Below the pieces are notes generated by a model that was given only the letters and a program-made list of their open reading frames with translations, had not been told where the DNA came from and searched no databases. From the IMG/VR virus record IMGVR_UViG_3300042885_000900: a stretch of DNA of 64,000 nt; one strand, given 5' to 3'. The position numbers and the translations under genes are program-made. How positions within the stretch are numbered: position 1 is the first letter of the stretch; every line of letters begins with the position of its first letter. Source of the DNA: a virus. Lineage: Duplodnaviria; Heunggongvirae; Uroviricota; Caudoviricetes. Positions 50,339-59,701 of this stretch are shown piece after piece.

Positions 50339-51912
50339 TGCAAATAGATAGTCAAAATAAGTATCAAATATTATTTGCCGGTAGAGTATATGATAACCAA
50401 GACCCCACTATGCTTGGTCGTTTACGTGTTTTACCTGAAAGTAAAGATTATTCGGCCATAATAGGAGCTGTCCCAAATTGGTCTGAAGAGACTGATAAAT
50501 GGACAAGTAAAGACCCAATTGTTTTTATACCATTATTACCTTTCTACATTAGTCAAACACCTAAAATTGATGAATATGTTCATATCATTTATATGAACAA
50601 ACAATTCCCAAATCAAAATCAATTTTACATTCAAGGACCATTTTCTTCGCCAACAAAAACATCATTTGAGCAATTTAATGGTGCTCAAAAATTTTTAGCG
50701 TCAGGTGATAAAATAAAAGAGGGGATATCAATTAAAAATCAAAATGGTGAATATAGAAACCCAACTTTAAATAAGGGTATTTATCCTGAACCAGGAGATA
50801 ACGCTTTATTGGGTAGAGGTTCAGCTGATGTCGTTGTAAAACAAAATGAGGTGTTAATTCGCGCTGGTAAATCAAAACCTCTTACCGGAGCATTACCTGA
50901 AGTTAACACAAAAAGAGGGTTTTTACAATTATCTAATTTCTCAACACAAGAAATTCCTGGTACACCAACAATGGACACTAGGTTTGAGGAAGTTGTTGAT
51001 ATGGTTAAAAAAATGATAATATGGGATGTGTCATCAACATTAGAAAGTAATTCTAATTTTACTGGAACCGTTAGTTTACATAATGTAATACCAAGTATTT
51101 CTGTTAATACTAAAAATTTTAAACCGGAAAGTATTACATCTTTAAGTGTTGGTACTAACTATACAAATGCCGTTGAGAGTTATTCTTTTGTTGGTGATGA
51201 CTTTGATACTTGTATCAATAAAATTAATAAATTTATTTCTTCCGTTTTTGATGGTCATATTGATATTCCGGGATATGCGGTTAAAAACCCCCAAAATTTT
51301 GTAAAGGGGGCTAATTTACCTTTAATTGTTACTCCATCAAAATTATCCTATGAAATAGGTAATAACACTAACCCAAACACTACAAATATAACCGCTATCA
51401 CAAATTACATTAAATTTTACTCTAAAATTAAATGTAATTCAACTCAAACAAAAACCGGTTTTTTCCTAATATCCACAACAAATTCAAAAGGAGCACCATT
51501 TATTGGTCCACAATTTGATAAAAAAGAAGAGATTTCAATATTAAATGATTTCAATAATTCTGATATAACTTATGGAATATTGGGTAGTCAAAGAGTTTAT
51601 TTATTGTCTCACGATTCAACAGGACCAAAAGGTTTAATTGATTTATCTGACACTCTTTATGGTATTCCCCAAGATAGATTTGTTAGAGGTGAGGGAAGTA
51701 TTCTTAATAAAACTTACCCTGTTGTTAGAGGAGACCAATTGATGATATTACTCCGAAAAATGTTTGCTTTTGTTACGGGTCACGTACACCCAACGGCGAC
51801 AATGGCTCCGGTTCCGGTGGCATCTGGTAATGGACAAACTAGTTTTGAGGTAGAAAGTATTTTAGCCAATGCGGAAAATGACATACTAAATCAAAATATT
51901 CGAATTAATTGA
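50338..51912 (+). CDS. Baseplate hub/spike (gp5/VgrG-like OB-fold N-terminus, HxH tip motif)
   Basis: GRVYDNQDPTMLGRLRV...PKIDEYV; C-terminal GHVHP. Confidence 0.65.
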   Translation: MQIDSQNKYQILFAGRVYDNQDPTMLGRLRVLPESKDYSAIIGAVPNWSEETDKWTSKDPIVFIPLLPFYISQTPKIDEYVHIIYMNKQFPNQNQFYIQGPFSSPTKTSFEQFNGAQKFLASGDKIKEGISIKNQNGEYRNPTLNKGIYPEPGDNALLGRGSADVVVKQNEVLIRAGKSKPLTGALPEVNTKRGFLQLSNFSTQEIPGTPTMDTRFEEVVDMVKKMIIWDVSSTLESNSNFTGTVSLHNVIPSISVNTKNFKPESITSLSVGTNYTNAVESYSFVGDDFDTCINKINKFISSVFDGHIDIPGYAVKNPQNFVKGANLPLIVTPSKLSYEIGNNTNPNTTNITAITNYIKFYSKIKCNSTQTKTGFFLISTTNSKGAPFIGPQFDKKEEISILNDFNNSDITYGILGSQRVYLLSHDSTGPKGLIDLSDTLYGIPQDRFVRGEGSILNKTYPVVRGDQLMILLRKMFAFVTGHVHPTATMAPVPVASGNGQTSFEVESILANAENDILNQNIRIN

Positions 51913-51934
51913 TATTTATAAGTAAAACACTTAA

Positions 51935-53410
51935 ATGTCAATTAATAACTCATATTTTAGCAAGAACAATACCCTTACTTCAAATAGCTTTGTAAATACT
52001 GGAAGAAATCCGGTTACCGAGCTTTTTTATGGTTCAGTTATTAGTTCTCAATACCCAAACGGGTATAGTAGATTTATCTTTGATTTAGATTTAACCTTAT
52101 TAACTCAAAAAGTTTCTGATGGTACAATAAGTTTAAATTGTGGTGAACTTCCAACACATACTTTAAGAATGGTGAATACCTCATCATTTAATGAAGAACT
52201 ATTAAATACTACCACATCTCAAGGTAGAATGAGAGCCACTTCATTTGATTTAATTTTATTTAGAATACCATATATTGATAATGACCCTGACCAACCCCAA
52301 GTTTGGGATGAAGGTGTTGGGTATGATTTTGCCGATTTAATTTACGATTATAGTCCATCAGATAAAAACTTTTCTGATAGAGCATCAAATTGGTTTCAAA
52401 CAACCACTATTGGTACTTGGGAAGAAGAAGGTATATATAATAATCAAAACATTGGTAATGTTCCTTATAGTGGGTTAACCATTGTTGATACCCAACATTT
52501 TGAATTTGGTAATGAAAATGTTAGTTTTAATATGTCGGACGAAATTAATGCTATATTAACCGGTCAATTAACTAATGTTTCAGGATGGGGAATTGCTTAC
52601 AAACCACAAGTTGAGAACATAACAGGTATTACCGATAACTACGAAGTTCAATTTTTTACTCGTCATACACAAACATTTTACGAACCATTTTTAGAAACAT
52701 CTTACGATGATTTAATTCAAGATGATAGAAATTTATTTAGTTTGGGAAAAGTAAATAAATTATACCTATATCTTTTTGATAATGGTAATCCGATTAATTT
52801 AGATAATAATCCAATGGTGGATATTTTAGATTCGACAGGTACTGAAATATCTGGTCTAATTGGTCTTAGTACTTGTCAAAAAACTAAAGGTGTGTATGAA
52901 GTTATTATCCCTCCTCTTTTAGGTTATAAAACACCTTGCACATTTTCTGATAGATGGTATAATTTAAATTTAAACGGATTTGGATTACCTCAAATGACTA
53001 ACGATTTTGTTATATACCCATTAAAAAATTCAATTCAAATGGGGGTTGTTTCATCTGAACCTAAATTATATGGTTTTGACTTTTATGGTTTAAAACAAGA
53101 TGAAAAAATATATAATACCGACATGAGAAAAGTTGGTGTGGTTATTAAACAAGCATATTCTACACAAAAATTATTGCAAAATGTTAGTGCGTATTATAGA
53201 ATTTATGTTAGAGAAGGTCAAACAGAAGTTCAAGTACAAGATTGGACAAAAATTAATCGAACACCAAATGAATATTATTTTATGTTCGACACAAGAGATA
53301 AAATACCAAATGAATATTACATAGATATAAAAGTCGAAAGTAGTGGGGAAATAAACACTTACAAAAAACAAATCAAATTTCAGATTGTTAATGTAAAATA
53401 TTCAGAATAA
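51935..53410 (+). CDS. Virion structural protein
   Basis: YSRFIFDLD, WDEGVG and FFTRHT..YEPFLE motifs; upstream TATTTATA. Confidence 0.55.
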   Translation: MSINNSYFSKNNTLTSNSFVNTGRNPVTELFYGSVISSQYPNGYSRFIFDLDLTLLTQKVSDGTISLNCGELPTHTLRMVNTSSFNEELLNTTTSQGRMRATSFDLILFRIPYIDNDPDQPQVWDEGVGYDFADLIYDYSPSDKNFSDRASNWFQTTTIGTWEEEGIYNNQNIGNVPYSGLTIVDTQHFEFGNENVSFNMSDEINAILTGQLTNVSGWGIAYKPQVENITGITDNYEVQFFTRHTQTFYEPFLETSYDDLIQDDRNLFSLGKVNKLYLYLFDNGNPINLDNNPMVDILDSTGTEISGLIGLSTCQKTKGVYEVIIPPLLGYKTPCTFSDRWYNLNLNGFGLPQMTNDFVIYPLKNSIQMGVVSSEPKLYGFDFYGLKQDEKIYNTDMRKVGVVIKQAYSTQKLLQNVSAYYRIYVREGQTEVQVQDWTKINRTPNEYYFMFDTRDKIPNEYYIDIKVESSGEINTYKKQIKFQIVNVKYSE

Positions 53411-53434
53411 ATGGATATTTATAAATAAAAAATT

Positions 53435-53800
53435 ATGGCAAATATATATTACTCAGGGACATCTTGTATTGATGATTCACCAATTGAACTTATTTCGGTT
53501 GAGGGTCTTTTAACCGGAAAAACATATCAAGATACTAATTTAAATTGTATTTCATTGGATTTTAGCGCGTCTACAACCGGAGAAACTAATACAACATTCG
53601 TATATGGTCCGTTCGACGATTGTACCGAGTGTAATGCTCCACTATCAGCAGGAACTGAATATAATGTATGTGTATTAGATTGTAGTGGTAACACTATATC
53701 TATAATACCCCCTCATCCGACTTATACAAATGGATTAGGTAAAGCGGTAGTTCAATTAAACGCAATTGCGTTAGGAGGAATAAACGGATTAAACAATTAA
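53435..53800 (+). CDS. Small Cys-containing virion protein
   Basis: Upstream TATTTATA; six [ST]-[GA]-x-[TS] motifs in 121 aa. Confidence 0.55.
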   Translation: MANIYYSGTSCIDDSPIELISVEGLLTGKTYQDTNLNCISLDFSASTTGETNTTFVYGPFDDCTECNAPLSAGTEYNVCVLDCSGNTISIIPPHPTYTNGLGKAVVQLNAIALGGINGLNN

Positions 53801-53815
53801 AAATAAATAAAAATT

Positions 53816-54157
53816 ATGTTATACGCACAAATTACACCGGCAGCTGAAAAAACAACACAAGTAACCCCTTTCTCAGCAATTACTGAATCCGCAGACTTAA
53901 TGTTTGCTGTGGCAAGACCATACACATTAGGAGCTTCAAGAGTTAACTTCCAAGTAACTTTCGGAAATGGAACTATCGCCGACGGTTTAGTTTCTAACTT
54001 TCAAGAATTATTATCGTCAAATGTTACTCTAACGAGTGATGAACTTTCAAATTGGGGTACTGATGATTCCGTTGTATTAGGAACTATCGCAACCAAATTA
54101 GGAACAACATCTTTAGGTGTTTATACCTCAGCTCCACAACAAGGAAACAATTTTTAA
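53816..54157 (+). CDS. Hypothetical virion protein
   Basis: Operonic ORF; WG.DD motif. Confidence 0.6.
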   Translation: MLYAQITPAAEKTTQVTPFSAITESADLMFAVARPYTLGASRVNFQVTFGNGTIADGLVSNFQELLSSNVTLTSDELSNWGTDDSVVLGTIATKLGTTSLGVYTSAPQQGNNF

Positions 54158-54197
54158 TTAAAAGTTTAATTTTTCTTTTTTATATCATTTTTATTAT

Positions 54198-54205
54198 TAT
54201 CTTTG
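54198..54205 (+). promoter_or_regulatory. Bacteroidota-type -7 promoter element (TATCTTTG)
   Basis: Matches TAnnTTTG, 21 nt before ATG 54227; no clear -33 element. Confidence 0.5.
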
Positions 54206-54226
54206 TAGAATAATCTAAAAATAAAA

Positions 54227-54637
54227 ATGATGAAAATTTTAAGGAGATTAAGGAAAAAAATTAATTATAAGATTGTTAAATTCTTCAGAAATCTAACAAG
54301 TAATGATAGACCAATACTTGAGGATAATGAAAGAATATGTACATCTGTATGTAGAAAATTAATTAATCACCCAAATTCTAAATTTTTAATCGCCCCCCTT
54401 TCAATGAAGAGGTACATTAAGAATAGCGAATTAGAATTATTTATTGTTTTACAAGATAGACAAATTAGTATCACTAACCATGTATATCATTATGATGTTG
54501 TTATTAGTAATAGAAATTGGGAAAGAGTTACAACTATGTACGATAATAAAACCGAGAAGATTAGACAAGAATTTGAAACTGAAATGAGTTCTCAAATAAA
54601 ACATTCTTTATCAACAATACTGTCTAAATTAGATTAG
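54227..54637 (+). CDS. Hypothetical protein
   Basis: ORF with its own host-type promoter element. Confidence 0.65.
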   Translation: MMKILRRLRKKINYKIVKFFRNLTSNDRPILEDNERICTSVCRKLINHPNSKFLIAPLSMKRYIKNSELELFIVLQDRQISITNHVYHYDVVISNRNWERVTTMYDNKTEKIRQEFETEMSSQIKHSLSTILSKLD

Positions 54638-54664
54638 TGTTTTTCAGATAAAACCTTTTTAATT

Positions 54665-54696
54665 AAATCCCTTAACGATTCGTTTTGGGATTTTTT
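54665..54696. terminator. Putative terminator between convergent genes
   Basis: aaatccc...gggatttttt. Confidence 0.45.
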
Positions 54697-54699
54697 ATT

Positions 54700-55695
54700 T
54701 TAAAACATATCTTCTAATTTATCTAAATGTTTTTTAACAACATCTAAATCACTTATGTCGGTATAAGTCATACCTTGTTTTTTTAATATTTGAACTTGGT
54801 TATGTAATTGTGTCATCATCTGTTTAACCATAGAAGACATCATAGGGTAGTTTGTAATCATTTGGTCTAATTGATAATACTCATTAGGTAGTCCTAAACC
54901 TTTCCCAATTTTATTAACCCAATCTTTACCATAATTATCAGCATCCATTTCCATATCCCAATAAATTTGGTAGAACTCTTCAAAGTCCTCAATATCCCCC
55001 ATATAGGAATCTGCTAAACCAAAATCTATCATTTGTTGTTCGTGTTTTAATTCGTGAAATAAAACATAAACGAACCCCGCTAAATTAGGTATTGTATCCG
55101 GAGAACATAAAATAATTGAATCTCTTGTACGAACACCTCTATATCCTGTCTGACATCCATTAATAACTTTTATGTTAAATCCTCGGTCTTGTATAAACTC
55201 CTTTACCTTATTAAACATAACATCAAGTTTATGATGATACTCTTGTGGTATCTTACTTTTAAATTTGTTAATTACTCTATCGTAATTAGAGGGTGTTTTT
55301 AGACCGTTTGGGGTAATATCTTCTAAAATGGTGTCTTTGGTTATCTCAAACCATTCCGTTACAATAGGGACTATCTCCTTCTTCTTACCGGGGGTTTGAT
55401 TAATATTATTTCCGTCCTCATCACTTGATGTTAACTCCGGATGTTTTTCCATATACTTGGAAATTTTTTTAGATTTAGACTCAATCTTTTTGATTTGTTT
55501 TTTTGGTTCATCCATAGACCCATCATAACTATCGTACTCCAACATTGCGTCATCATATTTAGAAACAGGGATGTTAAACGGTTGCATATCAGATTTTTTA
55601 AATATTCTAATTCCCGGTTGCATTGGCCCAACATAAGAACCTCTTCCCCCACCATCACTTGTTCCCTCGTTAATATGTATTTTATTATTTTTCAT
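54700..55695 (-). CDS. HExxH zinc-metallopeptidase-like protein
   Basis: VLFHELKH...EMDAD.Y. Confidence 0.55.
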   Translation of the reverse strand: MKNNKIHINEGTSDGGGRGSYVGPMQPGIRIFKKSDMQPFNIPVSKYDDAMLEYDSYDGSMDEPKKQIKKIESKSKKISKYMEKHPELTSSDEDGNNINQTPGKKKEIVPIVTEWFEITKDTILEDITPNGLKTPSNYDRVINKFKSKIPQEYHHKLDVMFNKVKEFIQDRGFNIKVINGCQTGYRGVRTRDSIILCSPDTIPNLAGFVYVLFHELKHEQQMIDFGLADSYMGDIEDFEEFYQIYWDMEMDADNYGKDWVNKIGKGLGLPNEYYQLDQMITNYPMMSSMVKQMMTQLHNQVQILKKQGMTYTDISDLDVVKKHLDKLEDMF

Positions 55696-55727
55696 AGTAT
55701 AATTATAAATATCTTATATAATTAAAT

Positions 55728-55961
55728 ATGGAACAACAACCTGAAATATTCGGAAAACTATTTGAATCAATCCCCCTACACACTGAAGAGCACTTAGATA
55801 TTCTTTTAGATACTATGGATAATGATAGAGCAAACTACTTTTTAATACAAGCCGTTAAATACGCCTTCCATTCTGGAATATACTCTTTGGGTGAAGCCGA
55901 AGTGATTTCTAAATCAATTAGGGTTTTATCTAAAAAAGAAAAAGAGACCGAAGTCTCTTAA
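55728..55961 (+). CDS. Small hypothetical protein
   Basis: 77-aa ORF in an otherwise unoccupied gap. Confidence 0.6.
   Translation: MEQQPEIFGKLFESIPLHTEEHLDILLDTMDNDRANYFLIQAVKYAFHSGIYSLGEAEVISKSIRVLSKKEKETEVS
55941..55960. terminator. Hairpin at the junction of convergent genes
   Basis: aagagac-cgaa-gtctctt. Confidence 0.55.
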
Positions 55962-56560
55962 TATTTTATTTTTTTTCTACAATTATCACACATCCATATT
56001 GATTCATTATCAATTGTTGAACCCTTCCCCTTCGCATCATTCATAACACACTTTTTATTGTGATTACAGTGGGGGACACCTAAAGTATGTCCTATTTCGT
56101 GGATAACGACTTTTTCTAATTTACCGTAATAATTGGTTCTCATTCTTTTATTAGAAACAACACAGGATTTAGTTCCTAATAACGAAAGACCTATTACCCC
56201 CCAATTTTTAAATGTTTTACCGTTTAATTGTCTGTTAGTACAAATATCTAATTGAGTTAATGCAACTACTTTACCATTAGTATTATTAAATTTAGTATTA
56301 AGTAGTTTCACTATTTTAACCGATGAATACTTTGATAATCCTTTTATTTTACATTCTACAGGTACATCAATTCTTGGTAGAATATTAACTTTACAGTTAT
56401 AAAACTTTTTAAGATTGTTTTGAACAAATACTACATCATTCTTGGGAAAATCCCCAATAACCACTATAGATATTTCTTTTGTTTTTGATGTTAATCCTAC
56501 ATAACTTGTTGAAGTTAATAGAATTATCAAGACAATGATTATTTTATATAAATTTTTCAT
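55958..56560 (-). CDS. Archaemetzincin (M54)-like zinc protease with an N-terminal signal/anchor
   Basis: HEIGHTLGVPHC....CVM...C..C; hydrophobic N-terminus. Confidence 0.8.
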   Translation of the reverse strand: MKNLYKIIIVLIILLTSTSYVGLTSKTKEISIVVIGDFPKNDVVFVQNNLKKFYNCKVNILPRIDVPVECKIKGLSKYSSVKIVKLLNTKFNNTNGKVVALTQLDICTNRQLNGKTFKNWGVIGLSLLGTKSCVVSNKRMRTNYYGKLEKVVIHEIGHTLGVPHCNHNKKCVMNDAKGKGSTIDNESIWMCDNCRKKIKY

Positions 56561-56564
56561 ACCG

Positions 56565-56595
56565 CAAAGATACGAAATTTAATTAATTAACCAAA
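56565..56595 (-). promoter_or_regulatory. Bacteroidota housekeeping promoter TTTG-N19-TATCTTTG
   Basis: Minus strand reads tttg gttaattaattaaatttcg tatctttg cggt ATG. Confidence 0.7.
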
Positions 56596-56598
56596 AAA

Positions 56599-57825
56599 TT
56601 ACGCAACTCCCGTATTGTTTTCTCCTATACTTTGAGCCAACATAATTGGGTCTACACATTGTTGTCCATCTCCGTGTAATTTATCAAAAAATTCTGTAGA
56701 ATTTTGAACTAAAAAACTACCTTTAGTTTCTCCCATAACAAAAAGTCTAGCATTTTGAGCCAATTTTTTAACATTAGGGTTATCAATAAATTTAGCGGGA
56801 ACCCCAACACACCCAAAACTTTGATTTGCGTATGCTATAGATTTTGCCGAATCTAAATATTCTTGGGGTACTTTCCCTGATGAAATTTGTTTTTTTAATA
56901 AAGATTCTAAATCCGCACTTGCAGTTAATCTATCCGGTAATCCAGCCGGTATTCCGTGAATTGCACCAACAATGTTTTTACCACCACTATCTTTTAAATG
57001 AAGAACATTTTTACCTTTTCCCACATAACCTTTATCACTACTTAAACTACTAATACTATAAATCCCTTTAGGTAAAAATCTAGCAGCAATTTTAGTTAAA
57101 CTTGAATAGATTGGTTCTGATGGTTTACCTGTTGTGGGGTCAGTACATTTATATGGTTCAGATAATAAAAACTTACCATCTTTTTTACTAACTTTACACC
57201 AATCCTCAATTGTAAACGGTTGAGCATCTTTTTGGACATCAGCACCGTCAACCACTGAAGTATAATCAACTAAAGTTGGTGGTGAAAACCAACCGGTGGA
57301 TGGTGCAAATAAATAAATTAAATTTTCTTTAGGGTCATAAATAAAAAATGGTTTATTATCCATATCTCTATCTACGATATATTTAAGTTCTTGGTCAATT
57401 CTTGGAGTGTAATTGTATTTAGAAATTTTTTTAATTTTTTCTTTTTTGGATTGTTCTGTGTTTTTAACTGTTGGGACAACTTTAGAGACCTTATTTTTTT
57501 TAGGTACATCAACGGTTGTTTTGGGGGAAGCACCATAAATTTTAGTTTTAATAGCTTCAACACCTTTAGGTGTCTTTACTTCAGTCCAATTGGGGTTTTT
57601 ACCTGTATTTTTTTTTGCGTACCAAAATTTATCACTCCATTTCATATATTGATATGGGTCACCCTCTGGTCCTTGAACTATAGTGTCCTTTATAGGTGTG
57701 GTCATCCCTAATGGGTCGTTTAAATTAACACCCTGTTCTGATAAGTATTGTCTCTTTGTTGCACTCTCGTGAAGATTTAAAATCCTATCTTTTTCCTCTC
57801 CATCCAAGAAATATAAATTTTTCAT
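56599..57825 (-). CDS. L,D-transpeptidase (YkuD)-like protein with an N-terminal leader
   Basis: P.GIY, AIHG and SFGCV catalytic-type motifs. Confidence 0.6.
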   Translation of the reverse strand: MKNLYFLDGEEKDRILNLHESATKRQYLSEQGVNLNDPLGMTTPIKDTIVQGPEGDPYQYMKWSDKFWYAKKNTGKNPNWTEVKTPKGVEAIKTKIYGASPKTTVDVPKKNKVSKVVPTVKNTEQSKKEKIKKISKYNYTPRIDQELKYIVDRDMDNKPFFIYDPKENLIYLFAPSTGWFSPPTLVDYTSVVDGADVQKDAQPFTIEDWCKVSKKDGKFLLSEPYKCTDPTTGKPSEPIYSSLTKIAARFLPKGIYSISSLSSDKGYVGKGKNVLHLKDSGGKNIVGAIHGIPAGLPDRLTASADLESLLKKQISSGKVPQEYLDSAKSIAYANQSFGCVGVPAKFIDNPNVKKLAQNARLFVMGETKGSFLVQNSTEFFDKLHGDGQQCVDPIMLAQSIGENNTGVA

Positions 57826-57858
57826 AAAATTCTTTTAATATAAATATCCAATAATTTA

Positions 57859-59568
57859 TTATAATTCTAATCGATATTTAAATAACCCACAATCCCATAT
57901 TTTGTCATAACCCAATTCAGATGTGAGTTCTTTTTCCGTTTTATTATAGTCTAAATCCGGAAATCTTTTTTTAAGATTATTTTTACCAAATCCAAATTTA
58001 TGAAATCTTTTGTATTTACTAATTTTTGAATTATAATAATAATAATTTGGTTTTGTTATTGATACTAAATTAAACCCCAAATTAGTATATAGATTATTTT
58101 CCGGATTAATTGTCCATCTTCTATCCGCAAAACTAATTATTGATGTTGGGTTATACTCATTAATAAAATGTTTAATAAATTTAGAGGCTAACCCCCTAAT
58201 TAAATAATTTTGTTTTGTTGCGTATCGACTTAATTCAAATTCACCGTCATTATTTTTAGTCATATTTCTACGACCATTAAATGTTATAACACCAACTAAT
58301 TCATTATTATAATATGCCCCGTAATATATGTTTGACTTATCGGTGCCTTGTATATGATTATTATTTAAAAAAAATGTTTTATCTTCTAAATTTATTTTTT
58401 TAATGACAACATTTCTACCACCAATTTTAACACCATCATTTACATTTAATAAATGTTTTAATTTTGATTTAACTAATTCGGTATTAATAACCCATTCATC
58501 CTCAAAAATATGTATTAATTTATATCCTATTTGATTACACTCTATTGTTTTATTTAGATGATATGATGAAGTTTTTCCCATTTTTTCTGTGTGATAATAT
58601 AATCCATCATACTCAATACAAATATTGGTACCATCAACAATCAAATCAATTTCTTTACCATCTAATAATTTACGATTTTTACCTTTATTAACCATAAATC
58701 CAACACTTTCGATAAACTCTTTAATCTCCGTCTCACCTTTTGATGTCCAAGTAGGTATCATATTAATATTTGTTAGTTTCGCTAAATCACTTAAACATTC
58801 AGAAATAGATGTTGAAACTATTTTTTCATTAGGATATTTTAATTTATATTCTAATGTTGTGATATTATGTTTATTTTTTAAATGAGTGTTTGATATACTT
58901 TTCATTTTTTCACCACAAATTTTACAAATAACATAATTTTTACTTTTAGATAAAAATTTGGTTAATTCTGTTTTTTTTATGTAATTTGGGTGATGTTTAA
59001 TATCTTCAGGGAATTTTAATAAATAATCATCTAATGTTATTTTATGAGATTTACTTATATGTGTCTCAAAACAACCTGTTTTATTTGAAGTGTCTTCTGT
59101 TACCCACTCACATAATTTACATTTTCTTGTAGGAGAATTTTCAATCTTAATTATGTTGAAATACTCCTCAAACCACTTTTTGTTGTTAATTAATTCGTAT
59201 TTTTTTCTTTGGTAAGTATTGGATGGAATCCATACATCTCCATATAACTCAATAATATGTTTGGTTAATTTACCGGATAAATTATTGGGGTCTTTAATTA
59301 CCATATTAGTTTTTTTACATTGAGCAATTAATTCGTGGGTATCTGAAGTTGTATATAAGTTAGATTTTGTGGTTTCAATTTCAAAACTATTCCCCATTTG
59401 GGTTTGACCACCTTTTTTATTAATCACAATATTATTTTCCTTTAATATTTGACTAATTTTTTTATGACCAACCTTAAATTTTTCGGCTAATTTATGAGTA
59501 CTCGGAATTTCAGTTTGATATAATTCAATAATGTTAATTATAATTTCAGGTGTTAATTTGGTTTTCAT
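57859..59568 (-). CDS. Free-standing endonuclease (HTH, Zn fingers, PD-(D/E)xK, C-terminal GNAT-like domain)
   Basis: CKLC and CKIC...H...H; EIDL...IEYDGLYYH; HIFEDEW; ELSRYA...SFADRRW...IWDCG. Confidence 0.75.
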   Translation of the reverse strand: MKTKLTPEIIINIIELYQTEIPSTHKLAEKFKVGHKKISQILKENNIVINKKGGQTQMGNSFEIETTKSNLYTTSDTHELIAQCKKTNMVIKDPNNLSGKLTKHIIELYGDVWIPSNTYQRKKYELINNKKWFEEYFNIIKIENSPTRKCKLCEWVTEDTSNKTGCFETHISKSHKITLDDYLLKFPEDIKHHPNYIKKTELTKFLSKSKNYVICKICGEKMKSISNTHLKNKHNITTLEYKLKYPNEKIVSTSISECLSDLAKLTNINMIPTWTSKGETEIKEFIESVGFMVNKGKNRKLLDGKEIDLIVDGTNICIEYDGLYYHTEKMGKTSSYHLNKTIECNQIGYKLIHIFEDEWVINTELVKSKLKHLLNVNDGVKIGGRNVVIKKINLEDKTFFLNNNHIQGTDKSNIYYGAYYNNELVGVITFNGRRNMTKNNDGEFELSRYATKQNYLIRGLASKFIKHFINEYNPTSIISFADRRWTINPENNLYTNLGFNLVSITKPNYYYYNSKISKYKRFHKFGFGKNNLKKRFPDLDYNKTEKELTSELGYDKIWDCGLFKYRLEL

Positions 59569-59650
59569 AGTATCATATTTATATAAATATAATAATAATT
59601 ACTTAAAAGTCAAATTATAATCCATTTATTTTTAACCCATTCTATAAATA

Positions 59651-59678
59651 AAAAAAGAGGACATATAGTCCTCTTTTT
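59651..59678 (-). terminator. Intrinsic terminator after the major capsid gene
   Basis: aaaaaagaggac-atata-gtcctcttttt. Confidence 0.85.
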
Positions 59679-59701
59679 GTTAAATATAATAAGATTTTTG
59701 A

